From IMG/VR virus record IMGVR_UViG_3300033076_001139, positions 64,001-128,000 of that record: a stretch of 64,000 nucleotides of DNA; one strand, given 5' to 3'. The notes under the pieces are model-generated. The model ran no database searches and had not been told where the DNA came from. It saw only the letters and a program-made list of their open reading frames with translations. The position numbers were made by a program, and so were the translations under genes. The number at the start of each line of letters is the position of its first letter. The stretch's first letter is position 1. This stretch comes from a virus. Taxonomy: Duplodnaviria > Caudoviricetes. Positions 63,980 to 64,000 of this stretch are shown piece by piece.

Positions 63980-64000
63980 GTGTTCCTATGCACTACGGCG

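Noticed and set aside
1-64000. Stop-codon reassignment
   Set aside because: Genes up to 6.3 kb are open in code 11, and TAA, TAG and TGA all end well-supported genes.

Overview
A 64-kb, gene-dense, GC-rich segment of a large tailed dsDNA phage with a contractile tail, read in standard code 11. I see no rRNA, tRNA, CRISPR array, integrase or transposase. Layout: (i) 1-5.2 kb: small accessory genes (HiPIP-like, SWIM finger, ferritin/Dps-like) and an ATP-dependent DNA ligase. (ii) 5.3-43.1 kb, + strand: morphogenesis block with tape measure, tube/hub-like proteins (one carrying an M15 peptidase), a FliA/WhiG-type sigma factor, a fibre protein, Ig-like proteins, gp25-like, three giant baseplate/fibre proteins, a holin-like protein and a GNAT. 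(iii) 43.1-58.6 kb, - strand: replication/recombination operon with SF2 helicase, family-4 UDG-like protein, DnaB, DnaG, putative SSB, PolA, HU, RecA, three nucleases and a UvsY-like protein. (iv) 58.7-63.0 kb, + strand: head genes ending in a portal-like protein. (v) Small - strand genes at the right end. Best candidate for an undescribed system: two unrelated proteins 59 kb apart start with the same 17-aa leader, M-x3-[VI]L-x-AF-x2-E[IL]-x-K[VI]A, and the phage sigma factor starts with a variant of it. The - strand early/replication genes are preceded by sigma28-like promoters ([CT][AG]AA-N15-[AG]GNCATAAG), while structural genes have sigma70-like promoters. This suggests a K-x-A capsid-targeting/processing tag and a virion-packaged sigma factor that starts early transcription. 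All functional calls come from reading motifs by eye; no database search was run.
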